From positions 65,630 to 129,629 of IMG/VR virus record IMGVR_UViG_3300021399_000101: a stretch of DNA of 64,000 bases; one strand, 5' to 3'. Both the position numbers and the translations under genes were made by a program. Positions within the stretch are counted from its first letter, which is position 1. Every line of letters starts with the position of its first letter. Origin of the DNA: a virus. Taxonomy: Duplodnaviria > Heunggongvirae > Uroviricota > Caudoviricetes. The notes under the pieces were generated by a model that was not told the origin of the DNA, searched no databases, and saw nothing but the letters and a program-made list of their open reading frames with translations. Positions 28,090 to 37,309 of this stretch are shown here, piece after piece.

Positions 28090-28347
28090 ATGGATGACAG
28101 GTTAAAGGCTGCTCTTGAAGAAGGAGCGAGAAATGGAGCTGTCGAAGTTTTTGAGAAACACGATGAGTTTATGAATGCTTTGAAGGAAGAAATGGAACAT
28201 TATAACGCTGCTTTAAAAGAAGCAGAAGAAGTATATGTTAAAAAAACTCGGGAGTTAAAAGACCGATATGCTGACAACGAAGCACAGTACAATTTTGCTC
28301 AGTCAATTCTCGGCGGCATTATAAATAAGTTGGACAAGAAAGAATGA
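28090..28347 (+). CDS. hypothetical protein (85 aa)
   Basis: Ribosome-binding site GGAGAATAGAGATATG. Confidence 0.5.
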   Translation: MDDRLKAALEEGARNGAVEVFEKHDEFMNALKEEMEHYNAALKEAEEVYVKKTRELKDRYADNEAQYNFAQSILGGIINKLDKKE

Positions 28348-28523
28348 GCGTTGACGAGCTGATTAAACAACTACAGAAAGTTGAAGACAAAAGCAAACCT
28401 GTTATGGTATATTTTTGTAATGAACATAACTATGGCGATAATGTATTTAATATTTGTGAAGTTGATTTTTCGATTGAAGACAGAGTTGATATAAATTCAC
28501 TGTATGAAGGAGCGGCAGTATGA
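28344..28523 (+). CDS. small hypothetical protein (59 aa)
   Basis: ATGA overlap. Not in the ORF track. Confidence 0.4.
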   Translation: MSVDELIKQLQKVEDKSKPVMVYFCNEHNYGDNVFNICEVDFSIEDRVDINSLYEGAAV

Positions 28524-28729
28524 CATTTGAAGAAGCCAATGCGATTGTAAAATCAACAGATGACTATCAGAAAGACAAGGAAGCTACTGAAGCTTTTGGC
28601 ATTAAGTACATAACACAGCAGGCTTGTAAAATATGTAGACATGGAGGGGTTTGTAAAATGGCAAGCCCTTTAGTTTACAAATGTAATTTTCTTGCACCAA
28701 GAGTAGATATAAATTACATTATAAATTAA
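28520..28729 (+). CDS. small Cys-containing hypothetical protein (69 aa)
   Basis: ATGA overlap. Ribosome-binding site GAAGGAGCGGCAGTATG. Confidence 0.45.
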   Translation: MTFEEANAIVKSTDDYQKDKEATEAFGIKYITQQACKICRHGGVCKMASPLVYKCNFLAPRVDINYIIN

Positions 28730-28762
28730 ATTAGAAGGATTGGGTTTAGTGGAGGCAAGTGA

Positions 28763-28912
28763 ATGATATTAGCGATCCTAATAATACTTTTCATTGCATG
28801 TTTGGGATTAGCCGTGTTTACAGATTGGTCTGAAAATTTGTTTTTCAGGGCCACCGGACTTTTCTTCGCTATATGCTGCTGGAAGGCCTTTGAAAGTATC
28901 ATGGGAGGATGA
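28763..28912 (+). CDS. small membrane peptide (49 aa)
   Basis: Ribosome-binding site GTGGAGGCAAGTGAATG, one of four near-identical start contexts. Hydrophobic. Confidence 0.45.
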   Translation: MILAILIILFIACLGLAVFTDWSENLFFRATGLFFAICCWKAFESIMGG

Positions 28913-28914
28913 CG

Positions 28915-29082
28915 ATGACTGACGTACACATTCTAAACAACGGAGTTCATCTATGTAATTCTTGCAGATGGGATTATCCAACATGCGAGGCGGATGATGA
29001 AGGTGTCATGTTTGGAGATGGAGTGGGATGTGACAACATTTGTTGCTGTAATAAATATGAGCCGATAGCCTCAAAGGAGTAA
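28915..29082 (+). CDS. small Cys-rich protein (55 aa)
   Basis: ORF immediately after the previous stop. Ribosome-binding site GGGAGGATGACGATG. Confidence 0.4.
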   Translation: MTDVHILNNGVHLCNSCRWDYPTCEADDEGVMFGDGVGCDNICCCNKYEPIASKE

Positions 29083-29085
29083 TGC

Positions 29086-29376
29086 ATGGCTGGCATATTG
29101 ATTAAGGACATGGAATTACCGAAGGATACTGGTTCTATAACTGTAACCATCTATTCTGATGGAAGCACTGGGATATGGACTGAACAGGAAATGATTCCTG
29201 GCGGCATGGCGATTGAGATTCCAAAACATGGAAGGCTTGGGGACTTGGATAGGGTTTGGAAAAGGCTTGAAGATTGTAAATTAATCACCTATGACTGTCG
29301 AATATTGCTGGAGGATGTGTTTGATACAGCACCTACTGTGCTGGAGGCAAGTGAATGTTTAAACGATTCTTGTTGA
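29086..29376 (+). CDS. hypothetical protein (96 aa)
   Basis: Ribosome-binding site AAAGGAGTAATGCATG. Confidence 0.5.
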   Translation: MAGILIKDMELPKDTGSITVTIYSDGSTGIWTEQEMIPGGMAIEIPKHGRLGDLDRVWKRLEDCKLITYDCRILLEDVFDTAPTVLEASECLNDSC

Positions 29377-29510
29377 GAAGAAAATACAAGCGTTTCTGTA
29401 AACTTAATGGATACCGATGCCCAGAGTGCATCTACCATGATTTCGTTTTTGAAGGGTTCATATTCCGTGGCAACAAATGCCGACATCCATATAAGGAGGC
29501 AAGCAAATGA
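29355..29510 (+). CDS. small basic Zn-ribbon-like protein (50 aa)
   Basis: Ribosome-binding site CTGGAGGCAAGTGAATG. Its 3' end encodes the next ribosome-binding site. Confidence 0.4.
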   Translation: MFKRFLLRRKYKRFCKLNGYRCPECIYHDFVFEGFIFRGNKCRHPYKEASK

Positions 29511-29815
29511 TTAAAAAGATTATCATAGTAATGGTTGTTACACTGTTTGCATTTCTTTGGCTTGTTTCCTGTACTCCGTATATCACAGAGGGTGAGATAA
29601 TCAGCAAGGAGTACAGACCGCAGAAAATGTGGGTCACGTACATGTATGTCAACAAGACACTGATTCCGCAGACGCATGTTTCACCCGAAGCATATATCAT
29701 AAGAATCAGAGGCATCGTTGATGGCGAGGAAGTAATCAACGAGAGGAATATCCCTGCGTATCTGTATGAGAAGCTTTCCATAGGCGAATGGTGGACAGAT
29801 GCTTTTATGAATTGA
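29507..29815 (+). CDS. predicted lipoprotein (signal peptide with lipobox LVSC)
   Basis: Ribosome-binding site ATAAGGAGGCAAGCAAATG. N-terminus MIKKIIIVMVVTLFAFLWLVSCTPY. Confidence 0.55.
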   Translation: MIKKIIIVMVVTLFAFLWLVSCTPYITEGEIISKEYRPQKMWVTYMYVNKTLIPQTHVSPEAYIIRIRGIVDGEEVINERNIPAYLYEKLSIGEWWTDAFMN

Positions 29816-29947
29816 ACTTTCTGACGGAGAGATAGGCCCGACTCCTATGCCTCTTGAGATTTAAATGTGGAGGCAAGCAATGATAAAATTTAAAAATTCA
29901 ACACTAAAAGAAGCTATAATTTGCTGTAATTTTTATGAGGAAGAATA

Positions 29948-30367
29948 ATGGCAGACAAAGAATTTGAGTACGACCAATTTGTTCATGGTGCGTTAGAAAG
30001 TGAAGAAGAGACTACAACAGATTTTAATTTGCAAATGGACAAACCTCTTAAAACTTTTTGCTTTTTAAGAGACATATATATAAATGGTAAATACAATCTT
30101 CGACCTGCTAGAAGCGGTATTTCTGCGGATGGCGACCCATTTTTGGCTTATAAACCAAGAAACCCTAAAAAAACCAACGTGGAAGAACTCTATATAGAAA
30201 CATATGAAGGCTCCATAGGCGTAGTAGTTTTATTCAGAAAGAAGTTTTCAGTTATGGAATATTTTTCTATTGAAGAACTTTGTAAACAATCTTCGGTTAA
30301 AGAATATTTTTCTATTGAAGAACTTTGTAAGCAAATTGATGAAATTATAGAGAATGAGTTGCTATGA
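29948..30367 (+). CDS. hypothetical protein (139 aa) with an internal 39-nt tandem duplication
   Basis: Ribosome-binding site GAGGAAGAATAATG. Repeat SVMEYFSIEELCKQS / SVKEYFSIEELCKQI. Confidence 0.5.
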   Translation: MADKEFEYDQFVHGALESEEETTTDFNLQMDKPLKTFCFLRDIYINGKYNLRPARSGISADGDPFLAYKPRNPKKTNVEELYIETYEGSIGVVVLFRKKFSVMEYFSIEELCKQSSVKEYFSIEELCKQIDEIIENELL

Positions 30368-30513
30368 AACCAGATTTACATGAAAACATTGACTATTTTA
30401 AATACCTTCTTAGAAAAGAAGAGGTGGCTGGTCTTGATGATGAAGAGAGATGGGAGCTTCAGAACTTTATAAGTGAGCACGGGCGTCAAATATTTGTCGA
30501 GGAACAGAAATGA
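30364..30513 (+). CDS. small hypothetical protein (49 aa)
   Basis: ATGA overlaps at both ends. Confidence 0.4.
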   Translation: MKPDLHENIDYFKYLLRKEEVAGLDDEERWELQNFISEHGRQIFVEEQK

Positions 30514-30806
30514 CAAAAGAGCAGTACATAAAAACAATTGAAGTTTGCGGAACTAAAGTAGACCTTGGACTTGATGATTACGGTCAATGCTATTTTATAG
30601 AATGGGTTGACGAAAATGGGGAAAAGCAGTCTACTGGATTAGGTACATATAATTTTAATTATATGGAAAGTATCTATCGCATGTTTGATGAAAGATATAG
30701 AGAACTTTCAAGAAAAGAGTTGTTTGGCGAAGTTACTTCCCCGGAATGGCTTGAGCTAGAAGAATATTACAAGATGTTTGATAAGGAATATGAAAAAGGA
30801 AAATGA
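30510..30806 (+). CDS. hypothetical protein (98 aa)
   Basis: ATGA overlap. Confidence 0.5.
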   Translation: MTKEQYIKTIEVCGTKVDLGLDDYGQCYFIEWVDENGEKQSTGLGTYNFNYMESIYRMFDERYRELSRKELFGEVTSPEWLELEEYYKMFDKEYEKGK

Positions 30807-30940
30807 AAAACTTACTTGCTGATTTAGATGATTGCATTTGGAAATTGGATAGTTATCTTGAATTAGATGAAGAGCGAGAACTTTTTGAAAGGTTGAAAGA
30901 AATTTCTGAAGGCCTTAAGGAGGTTCTTGGTGACGGCTAA
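30803..30940 (+). CDS. small hypothetical protein (45 aa)
   Basis: ATGA overlap. Acidic. Confidence 0.35.
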   Translation: MKNLLADLDDCIWKLDSYLELDEERELFERLKEISEGLKEVLGDG

Positions 30941-31092
30941 GCGAAGAAAAGAATTAATTATCAACGAGCTGCTTGATATCTCAAAACGGTTAGGCGAGCT
31001 TGTAATCAGAAACAGCATGGATGCTGAAGACCTTGCTGAGCAACTAAAAGAGTGTGCTATGACTTTAGATGCATTATGGGAGACCGAATAAT
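30928..31092 (+). CDS. small hypothetical protein (54 aa, GTG start)
   Basis: Ribosome-binding site AAGGAGGTTCTTGGTG. Confidence 0.3.
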
Positions 31093-31486
31093 GGTGCCTT
31101 TATTGGAAAATAAATTATTTGTACTGATTCTGATGATATTCCTGCACGTTATTGAGGATTTTCATTTGCAAGGTATTTTGGCCAGCATGAAGCAAATCAA
31201 ATGGTGGGAGCAGCAGCTCGATTCCGAATATCTTAGTAGATATGCTTATGATTGGGTGCTCGCATTGATAGTTCATTCATTTGAGTGGGCATTTATAATA
31301 ATGGTTCCGATATTTTTAGTACACGGCTTTAATTTGCTAATGCTTATGGTCATTATATTAAATATTGGTGTTCATTTTGTGGTGGATCATTTTAAATGCA
31401 ACAGGCTGAGAATCAACTTGATTGTTGACCAAAGTATTCACATTGTACAAATATTACTTACTTGGGTTATTTTTATTGTTTTATAA
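31091..31486 (+). CDS. integral membrane protein (131 aa, His-rich loops)
   Basis: ATAATG overlap with the upstream stop. About four hydrophobic segments. Confidence 0.5.
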   Translation: MVPLLENKLFVLILMIFLHVIEDFHLQGILASMKQIKWWEQQLDSEYLSRYAYDWVLALIVHSFEWAFIIMVPIFLVHGFNLLMLMVIILNIGVHFVVDHFKCNRLRINLIVDQSIHIVQILLTWVIFIVL

Positions 31487-31505
31487 AATGTAGGGAGAAA
31501 GTTTA

Positions 31506-32510
31506 ATGAACAAGAAGCTTTTAAAAAGGTTGATTGTGTGCGGCGCCATTGTCTTAGTTGTTTTGATTTTGGCTGTGTCTTCGATAACAATTATTTCACC
31601 GACTGAGCGTGGAGTAAAGGTTACTTTGGGTAAGGCTGGAGATTCTGTTTTGGAACCTGGCCTAACATTGAAAACGCCATTTGTTCAGACGGTCAGAAAA
31701 TATGATTTGAGTCCTAAAGCACTCAACATGACATTCAGTATGGGGCAGGATGCTGCAGTTACTTCAGACATGCAGTCTGTCGCATGTGAGTTGGTGGCAT
31801 ATTGGACTTATGACGAAACAAGAATTTTAGATATCGTAAATGGTTATCAGGATTCCACAATTAAGAGCCTTGTCAAGGATAATACTCTAGGTGCCATTAA
31901 AGAGGTAATCGGTAAGTATTCTATCTATGACATTGTAGAGAAGCAGGAAGAGGTCACTGAGAAGGTCAGGGCTTCCTTGATTGACAGACTATCTAATTAT
32001 CCTGTGGTTATCAGTTCTCTTACAATCAATAACTGGGACTGGTCTGCAGAGTTTGATGCTCAGATTGCAAATACAATGGCTATGGCTCAGCAGGTCAAGG
32101 TCGCTCAGCAGGAGCTTGAGGTCACCAAACAGCAGTCTCAGAAGCAGGTCGCTGAGGCAAATGCCGCCAAGGAGAAGGCAGAGATTGAGGCTCAGATGAG
32201 AGTCGCGGTTGCTGAACAGGAAGCACTCGCAAAAGAGAAACAGGCTCAAGGTCAGGCCAACGCGGCTAAAGTGACCGCTGATGCTGAGGCTTATAAGGCT
32301 AAGGTTGCAGCAGATGCTGAAGCTTATGCTAGGGAAGTTCAAGGTAAGGCAGAAGCTGCTTATTATGCAAGTCTTACTGAATATGCGGACACTATATCGT
32401 TGCTAAGGCAGCTTGATATTGACGCAGTTAGGGCTGAAAATTGGAACGGAGTAGAAGTATCGACTTACGTACCTCTTACTGGAACCGGAGCAATAGTTAC
32501 ACTAAATTAA
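31506..32510 (+). CDS. SPFH/band-7 (prohibitin, HflK/C-like) domain membrane protein with a C-terminal Ala/Gln/Glu-rich coiled coil
   Basis: N-terminal transmembrane segment, then ERGVKVTLGK...LEPGLTLKTPFVQTVRKYDLSP, typical of an SPFH domain. Ribosome-binding site TAGGGAGAAAGTTTAATG. Confidence 0.7.
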   Translation: MNKKLLKRLIVCGAIVLVVLILAVSSITIISPTERGVKVTLGKAGDSVLEPGLTLKTPFVQTVRKYDLSPKALNMTFSMGQDAAVTSDMQSVACELVAYWTYDETRILDIVNGYQDSTIKSLVKDNTLGAIKEVIGKYSIYDIVEKQEEVTEKVRASLIDRLSNYPVVISSLTINNWDWSAEFDAQIANTMAMAQQVKVAQQELEVTKQQSQKQVAEANAAKEKAEIEAQMRVAVAEQEALAKEKQAQGQANAAKVTADAEAYKAKVAADAEAYAREVQGKAEAAYYASLTEYADTISLLRQLDIDAVRAENWNGVEVSTYVPLTGTGAIVTLN

Positions 32511-32511
32511 T

Positions 32512-32712
32512 ATGTTTTATGGAAAATTTATTTGTCCTGAATGTGGCAAGAAATTTAGAAGAAAAATATATATAAATAAAGGAGCCAAACCCGAAGACTG
32601 TCAAGCGGCCTGTCGGGATGGCTCTATTTTTTATTTTCATGTGCATTGTCCTAAGTGCGAAGCGTGTGTTGATTATGTAAATAGATTAAATTATAAAGGA
32701 GAAAATAAATGA
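32512..32712 (+). CDS. small Zn-ribbon protein (CPECG...CPKCEAC)
   Basis: Two CxxC pairs. Confidence 0.45.
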   Translation: MFYGKFICPECGKKFRRKIYINKGAKPEDCQAACRDGSIFYFHVHCPKCEACVDYVNRLNYKGENK

Positions 32713-33968
32713 CGAATGCTCGTTATGGTGTAGCTGATAAGCCGCCCATCAAGGAATTGATACCGTTATCATTCCAAATGCTGTTGTCTTGTTTTGGAGC
32801 AACCATTCTCGTTCCGATGTTGACAGGACTTTCGATTGGACCCGCTTTGTTCGGAGCAGGAATAGGAACTTTGATTTTTGTCCTTCTTGCTAAAAAGAAA
32901 GTAGGTCTTTTTTTAGGCAGTAGCTTTGCCTTTATAGCGCCGATAATATTTGCCGGCCAGTACGGCCCTGGTTATGTAGCCGGCGGGTGCATAGTTTCAG
33001 GTCTATTATATATGATAGTCGCAGCTATTATTTCAAAGACGGGAATAAACTGGTTGAATAAAGCATTGCCACCGGTTGTGGTCGGAAGTATCATTATGAT
33101 AATCGGACTTTCACTCAGCCCCACTGCTGTATCGCAGGCAACAACATTGAATGGCGAATACAGTTTGGTTGCATTGAGTATTGCAGCAGTTTCGCTGATA
33201 GCAACTATCATAGCGAACAATTTCTGCAAAGGATTTATTACTCTTATTCCAGTTGCGGTTGGAATGCTTGTCGGATATCTGTTCACGCTTATCATGGGTT
33301 GGATATTCCCTGCTTATCATATAATAAGCTTTGAAGCAGTCAAACAAGCACCATGGTTTACATTGCCTAAGTTTGTGGTACCGAAGTTTAATATGGCAAT
33401 AGTGCTGATATTCCTCTTGACTTCACTTTCTACCATAGTTGAGCATTGTGGAGATATGAAGACACTCACTAAGGTTTCAGATGTTGACGTTTACAATGAT
33501 GTAGGCCTTCATAGGACTCTTTTCGCAGATGGATTGTCAAGTGCGTTAAGCGGAGTATTCGGGGCCCCTTGCACAACAAGTTATGGAGAATCTCTTTCCA
33601 CAATGGTACTTACCAAAGTAACCAGCGTAGCGGTTCTTATAGGCGCAGCGATACTTGCAATAGCTCTTTCGTTCTTCGGAAAGTTTACCGCTTTAATCGG
33701 AACAATACCTGCTCCTGTCCTTGGTGGTGTATGTATCTTGCTTTATGGACTTATCGCCTCATCAGGTGTCAGAAATATTGTGGATGCTGGAATTGACTAT
33801 TCCAATAAGAGAAATCTTGTTATATCAAGCACAATCCTTGTTATTGGCATAGGCGGACTTGCATTGAATTTCACAATCAACAGCACTATAAATTTCAGCC
33901 TTTCAGCAATTGCTTTGGCTACTGTAGTCGGTATAATTTTGAATTTAATTCTACCTGAAGATAAATAA
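32709..33968 (+). CDS. NCS2-family uracil/xanthine permease
   Basis: LSFQMLLSCFGATILVPMLTGL...GAGIGTLIF...FLGSSFAFIAP resembles UraA/PyrP. About 12 transmembrane segments. Confidence 0.8.
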   Translation: MTNARYGVADKPPIKELIPLSFQMLLSCFGATILVPMLTGLSIGPALFGAGIGTLIFVLLAKKKVGLFLGSSFAFIAPIIFAGQYGPGYVAGGCIVSGLLYMIVAAIISKTGINWLNKALPPVVVGSIIMIIGLSLSPTAVSQATTLNGEYSLVALSIAAVSLIATIIANNFCKGFITLIPVAVGMLVGYLFTLIMGWIFPAYHIISFEAVKQAPWFTLPKFVVPKFNMAIVLIFLLTSLSTIVEHCGDMKTLTKVSDVDVYNDVGLHRTLFADGLSSALSGVFGAPCTTSYGESLSTMVLTKVTSVAVLIGAAILAIALSFFGKFTALIGTIPAPVLGGVCILLYGLIASSGVRNIVDAGIDYSNKRNLVISSTILVIGIGGLALNFTINSTINFSLSAIALATVVGIILNLILPEDK

Positions 33969-34033
33969 AGATAATTATACCAGATGCCTGAGAGCCTCTC
34001 ACTGAAGCGCAACACTCAGGCCCTTTCTAAAAT

Positions 34034-34061
34034 TGACAAAAATTTTGAAAATTTATATAAT
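34034..34061 (+). promoter_or_regulatory. sigma70-like promoter (TTGACA-16-TATAAT)
   Basis: ATTGACAAAAATTTTGAAAATTTATATAATTAGG. Confidence 0.5.
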
Positions 34062-34109
34062 TAGGGCAGAGAGGAAAATCTCTGCTCTTTTTTTATAAGG
34101 AAATATCAA

Positions 34110-34388
34110 ATGAAATATTACGTAATTTACCAATACATTGGAGAAATTGGAAAAAATCGTTATCATGTTAAATATGACTGGACTCGTTTTGATAGTCTAG
34201 ATGCTAGACATGCCTTAGAAAAATTTTGGAATTATAATTCTGACTCTGGTATGTATTTTAATACGAACAGGGAACATAAAAAAGACTTTAAAATTTTAGA
34301 TGTAAAAACTTTTTCAGACATTGTTGAAGAGGAAAGTTTTAGACGCAAATATTGGGACGAAATAGACCCCTATGGGTTCCAGGATTAA
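34110..34388 (+). CDS. hypothetical protein (92 aa)
   Basis: Ribosome-binding site TAAGGAAATATCAAATG. Confidence 0.5.
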   Translation: MKYYVIYQYIGEIGKNRYHVKYDWTRFDSLDARHALEKFWNYNSDSGMYFNTNREHKKDFKILDVKTFSDIVEEESFRRKYWDEIDPYGFQD

Positions 34389-34391
34389 ATT

Positions 34392-34775
34392 ATGCTTTTT
34401 AGATTTGAAATTTGTTTAAACGCCATACCAGAGAACCCCTTTTCTCGACATGTTACTGGGCAGTCTTTAAAAGAAGCTATAAGGAAAGTTGATAGGACTC
34501 TTCTTAGAATAAGAGGCAAAAAAGTAGCACATATTATTTCTGTGGAAGAAGTACCATATTCAGATGCCTTATCGGTAGCGAATTCTTATGCCAATGTTGC
34601 ATATTCTACTTATGCCTATTCCTATTCTGCCCCATCAATAGTAACACGACCGATAGGTTATTATAGCACTCAAGCCACTACAACCGCGACCGCGGCGGCT
34701 TATTCCAACTATTATGTTTCTTCTGCATCAACGTGGGCAAGCGGTTATTATAGCACTAATACCACCACAACATAA
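34392..34775 (+). CDS. hypothetical protein with a Tyr/Ser/Thr/Ala-rich low-complexity C-terminus
   Basis: ORF. The C-terminus AYSTYAYSYS...YYSTNTTTT is low-complexity. Confidence 0.45.
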   Translation: MLFRFEICLNAIPENPFSRHVTGQSLKEAIRKVDRTLLRIRGKKVAHIISVEEVPYSDALSVANSYANVAYSTYAYSYSAPSIVTRPIGYYSTQATTTATAAAYSNYYVSSASTWASGYYSTNTTTT

Positions 34776-34802
34776 AATTTACATTTAAAAGGAGAAGGTT
34801 CT

Positions 34803-35657
34803 ATGTCTAATTCTTTAATTTGGAGTGAAAATCAGATTCTTGATTTTTACGATACAATTTATCCATGGGAGTCTGTTGAAGACCCATTTCATACGGAGTT
34901 CTTTTGCCTTGCAGCTCGTAAAAAGTACATGACTGATGAGCAGAAGAGAAACACCAATCTTGGTGATACTTGTATGATGTTTAAGACTATTATTAAAGAG
35001 CACAACCCTAAAAAGTTTTTCTCTAAGATTCTTCAGGCTGATTCTTGTTCTGACTTCTTTCTTGATAGAGACGATAACTACATTCCTAAGGAATGCATGG
35101 TATATTATATCAACATAAATAGAACAAATGTTTTAAAGGCCATGAGAGAATTTAAATCTCTCATTAACGAATGGGATTATGACCTTGCTACGTTGCTTGA
35201 GTTTAGCAATACAAACAAAAAGCAGAACATAGGCAATCAGCTTAAGACGGCTCAGAACAACTTGCTTAAGTCTTTTCAGGACCCTAAAAATGCTGAGAGC
35301 TACTGGCTGGATATTGACTGTGACTGTGGAGTTGAGTTTGATGCTAATAAATACAAAGAGAAGTTGACGGAATTTCTTGCTACTACGCAGGCCTATGTAA
35401 TATCTACCCATGGTGGTTGCCATATTCTCATAGCTAAAGAAACTATTTCTGAATACAACAAGAATATGGCTCAGATTTTTTCAAAGAAAGAAATGAAAGA
35501 AAAGGCTATGACACTTAACAAAATCCTGAACTTTGTAAAGGAAATGCTTTCCGAGGATTTTTCAAAAGAAGAGATTAAAGAAATTAAGCTCAATCAGAAT
35601 AATGCTGTTCCTCTTCCGGGTACATTCCAGGGCGGTTTCCCTGTAAGTTTTGTTTGA
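34803..35657 (+). CDS. hypothetical protein (284 aa)
   Basis: Ribosome-binding site AAAGGAGAAGGTTCTATG. Confidence 0.55.
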   Translation: MSNSLIWSENQILDFYDTIYPWESVEDPFHTEFFCLAARKKYMTDEQKRNTNLGDTCMMFKTIIKEHNPKKFFSKILQADSCSDFFLDRDDNYIPKECMVYYININRTNVLKAMREFKSLINEWDYDLATLLEFSNTNKKQNIGNQLKTAQNNLLKSFQDPKNAESYWLDIDCDCGVEFDANKYKEKLTEFLATTQAYVISTHGGCHILIAKETISEYNKNMAQIFSKKEMKEKAMTLNKILNFVKEMLSEDFSKEEIKEIKLNQNNAVPLPGTFQGGFPVSFV

Positions 35658-35696
35658 CAAAAAAAGTATATTATATTATAATATAGATGAAAAAAG

Positions 35697-35951
35697 ATGA
35701 AGAATAATTATTTAGTGGATGTTTATTATACTCGTATTATAGACAACCTTCGTTGTCTAGGGGAAAATTTTATACCCGTTGTTTCCGTATTTGTTGAAAG
35801 ACTTAACTATGTTGATTTTAGTGATGCGCCTTTAAAGGAATTTATTCATAATGTTGCAAGAGATTTTGACAGATATCATCTTAGGGTTAAAGGGAAGAGA
35901 ACGGGAAAAATTGTAGGCATAAAGATTGTAAATGTAAGACCTTGCTATTAA
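35697..35951 (+). CDS. hypothetical protein (84 aa)
   Basis: ORF after the promoter-like TTGACAAAAAAAGTATATTATATTATAAT. Confidence 0.45.
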   Translation: MKNNYLVDVYYTRIIDNLRCLGENFIPVVSVFVERLNYVDFSDAPLKEFIHNVARDFDRYHLRVKGKRTGKIVGIKIVNVRPCY

Positions 35952-35969
35952 CTATTAAAGGAGGGAAAA

Positions 35970-36683
35970 ATGGGCTGCTGGTTTACTTCAGATTTGCATC
36001 TTAATCATAAACTCGCTCTTAGAGAAAGACCCGAATTCTCTTCTATGGAAGAGATGAATAATGCCATATTTAAAATGTTTGATGTAATAAAAAAGGGTGA
36101 TGATATTTACATTCTTGGCGACCTTGGTTGGGACCCCGAGATTGTACAGGAGCTTTTCAATTTTCTTATTATGAAAAAGAAAGCCAATGGAGTCCATGTT
36201 ATAATCGGTAACCATGATGATAATTGGATGCGGAAGGTGATGGACCACCCAAGAATTCATTATTGTCAGACAATGTTCTTAAAGCCTCAGATAAAAAACG
36301 GGTATCATGGAATTTTTCTCTCTCATTATCCGCAGATAATATTTGACAAGTCTCACTACGGAGCATTTCAGCTTCATGGACATGGACATTCTACTACTTC
36401 AGACAGACCACTTCTTGATGCTCTTGTCATGGGTAAAAGGCTTAATGTAAATTGCGAGCTTCATGGTTTCAAGCTTTGGAGCAGAGATGACATCGAAGAA
36501 TATATGAAGAGTCTTCCCGCCAATATTGATAATATTCTTTGCCGTGGAAGCGAAAAACAGAAGAATAAGGTTAAGCGGATGCTTAAAAGGATTAACAGAA
36601 TCTTAAGGGGTTTAAATGACATACAGCTTGACGATGTGCAAGCATCATCAACATCTAATAAATCAAGGCCTGTGGTGGTGTGA
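35970..36683 (+). CDS. calcineurin-like metallophosphoesterase (MPP1)
   Basis: SDLHLNH, ILGDLGWD, GNHDDN, LHGHGH. Ribosome-binding site AAAGGAGGGAAAAATG. Confidence 0.75.
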   Translation: MGCWFTSDLHLNHKLALRERPEFSSMEEMNNAIFKMFDVIKKGDDIYILGDLGWDPEIVQELFNFLIMKKKANGVHVIIGNHDDNWMRKVMDHPRIHYCQTMFLKPQIKNGYHGIFLSHYPQIIFDKSHYGAFQLHGHGHSTTSDRPLLDALVMGKRLNVNCELHGFKLWSRDDIEEYMKSLPANIDNILCRGSEKQKNKVKRMLKRINRILRGLNDIQLDDVQASSTSNKSRPVVV

Positions 36684-36802
36684 TAAGCAAGATGACAAGA
36701 GCAGCCCTAACATAGGTTACTATATGAACTGTGATTGTGAACGTTGCCCTGAAATGCTAGACAAAGAAAATTTAATAACTTTCGAATTTTCTTCTGAAAC
36801 GA

Positions 36803-37309
36803 GTGTGCCTTATGAAGAAGTATAAAGTTGGTATGTATGGTGGAAAATTTCTGCCTTTTCACAAAGGGCATTTTCATTGTTTACAGAGAGCAAGTGAAGA
36901 GTGCGAGTTAGTTTATTGCGTTCTTGTTACCGGCGGGTTTGATGAAAAAAGAATTCTTTCTGAAAGAAAAGATGATTTTTTACAACCTTCATCTAGAATA
37001 GAAACCATTAAAAAAATTTGTGAAGACAATTTTGATAATGTGAAATTTGCTACTATTGATGTTACAGACTGCGTAAAAGAAGATGGCAGCGAAGATTGGG
37101 ATGGCGAAACACCTCTTATGGTTGAAGCATGCGAAGGCCATACGCTTAATGCCGTGTATGGTAGTGAGCCGGCTTATAAGGCTTACTTCAATAATGCTTA
37201 TCCATTTGCTGAATATGTTTTGGTAGATATTGATAGAAAAGAAGTTCCTATTTCTGCAACAATGATTAGAAATATGGATGAAAAGGAGAGAAAAAAGTGG
37301 ATGGTCTGA
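36803..37309 (+). CDS. NMN/NaMN adenylyltransferase-like nucleotidyltransferase (HxGH family, NadM/NadR-type)
   Basis: GMYGGKFLPFHKGHFHCL matches the G-x-F-x-P-x-H-x-G-H signature. Confidence 0.6.
   Translation: MCLMKKYKVGMYGGKFLPFHKGHFHCLQRASEECELVYCVLVTGGFDEKRILSERKDDFLQPSSRIETIKKICEDNFDNVKFATIDVTDCVKEDGSEDWDGETPLMVEACEGHTLNAVYGSEPAYKAYFNNAYPFAEYVLVDIDRKEVPISATMIRNMDEKERKKWMV

Noticed and set aside
31981-32342. Alternative-frame ORFs 31981-32199 (+) and 31989-32342 (-) inside the SPFH gene
   Set aside because: They are products of the GC-richer Ala/Gln/Glu coiled-coil codon repeat. They have no ribosome-binding site and lie inside a confident gene.
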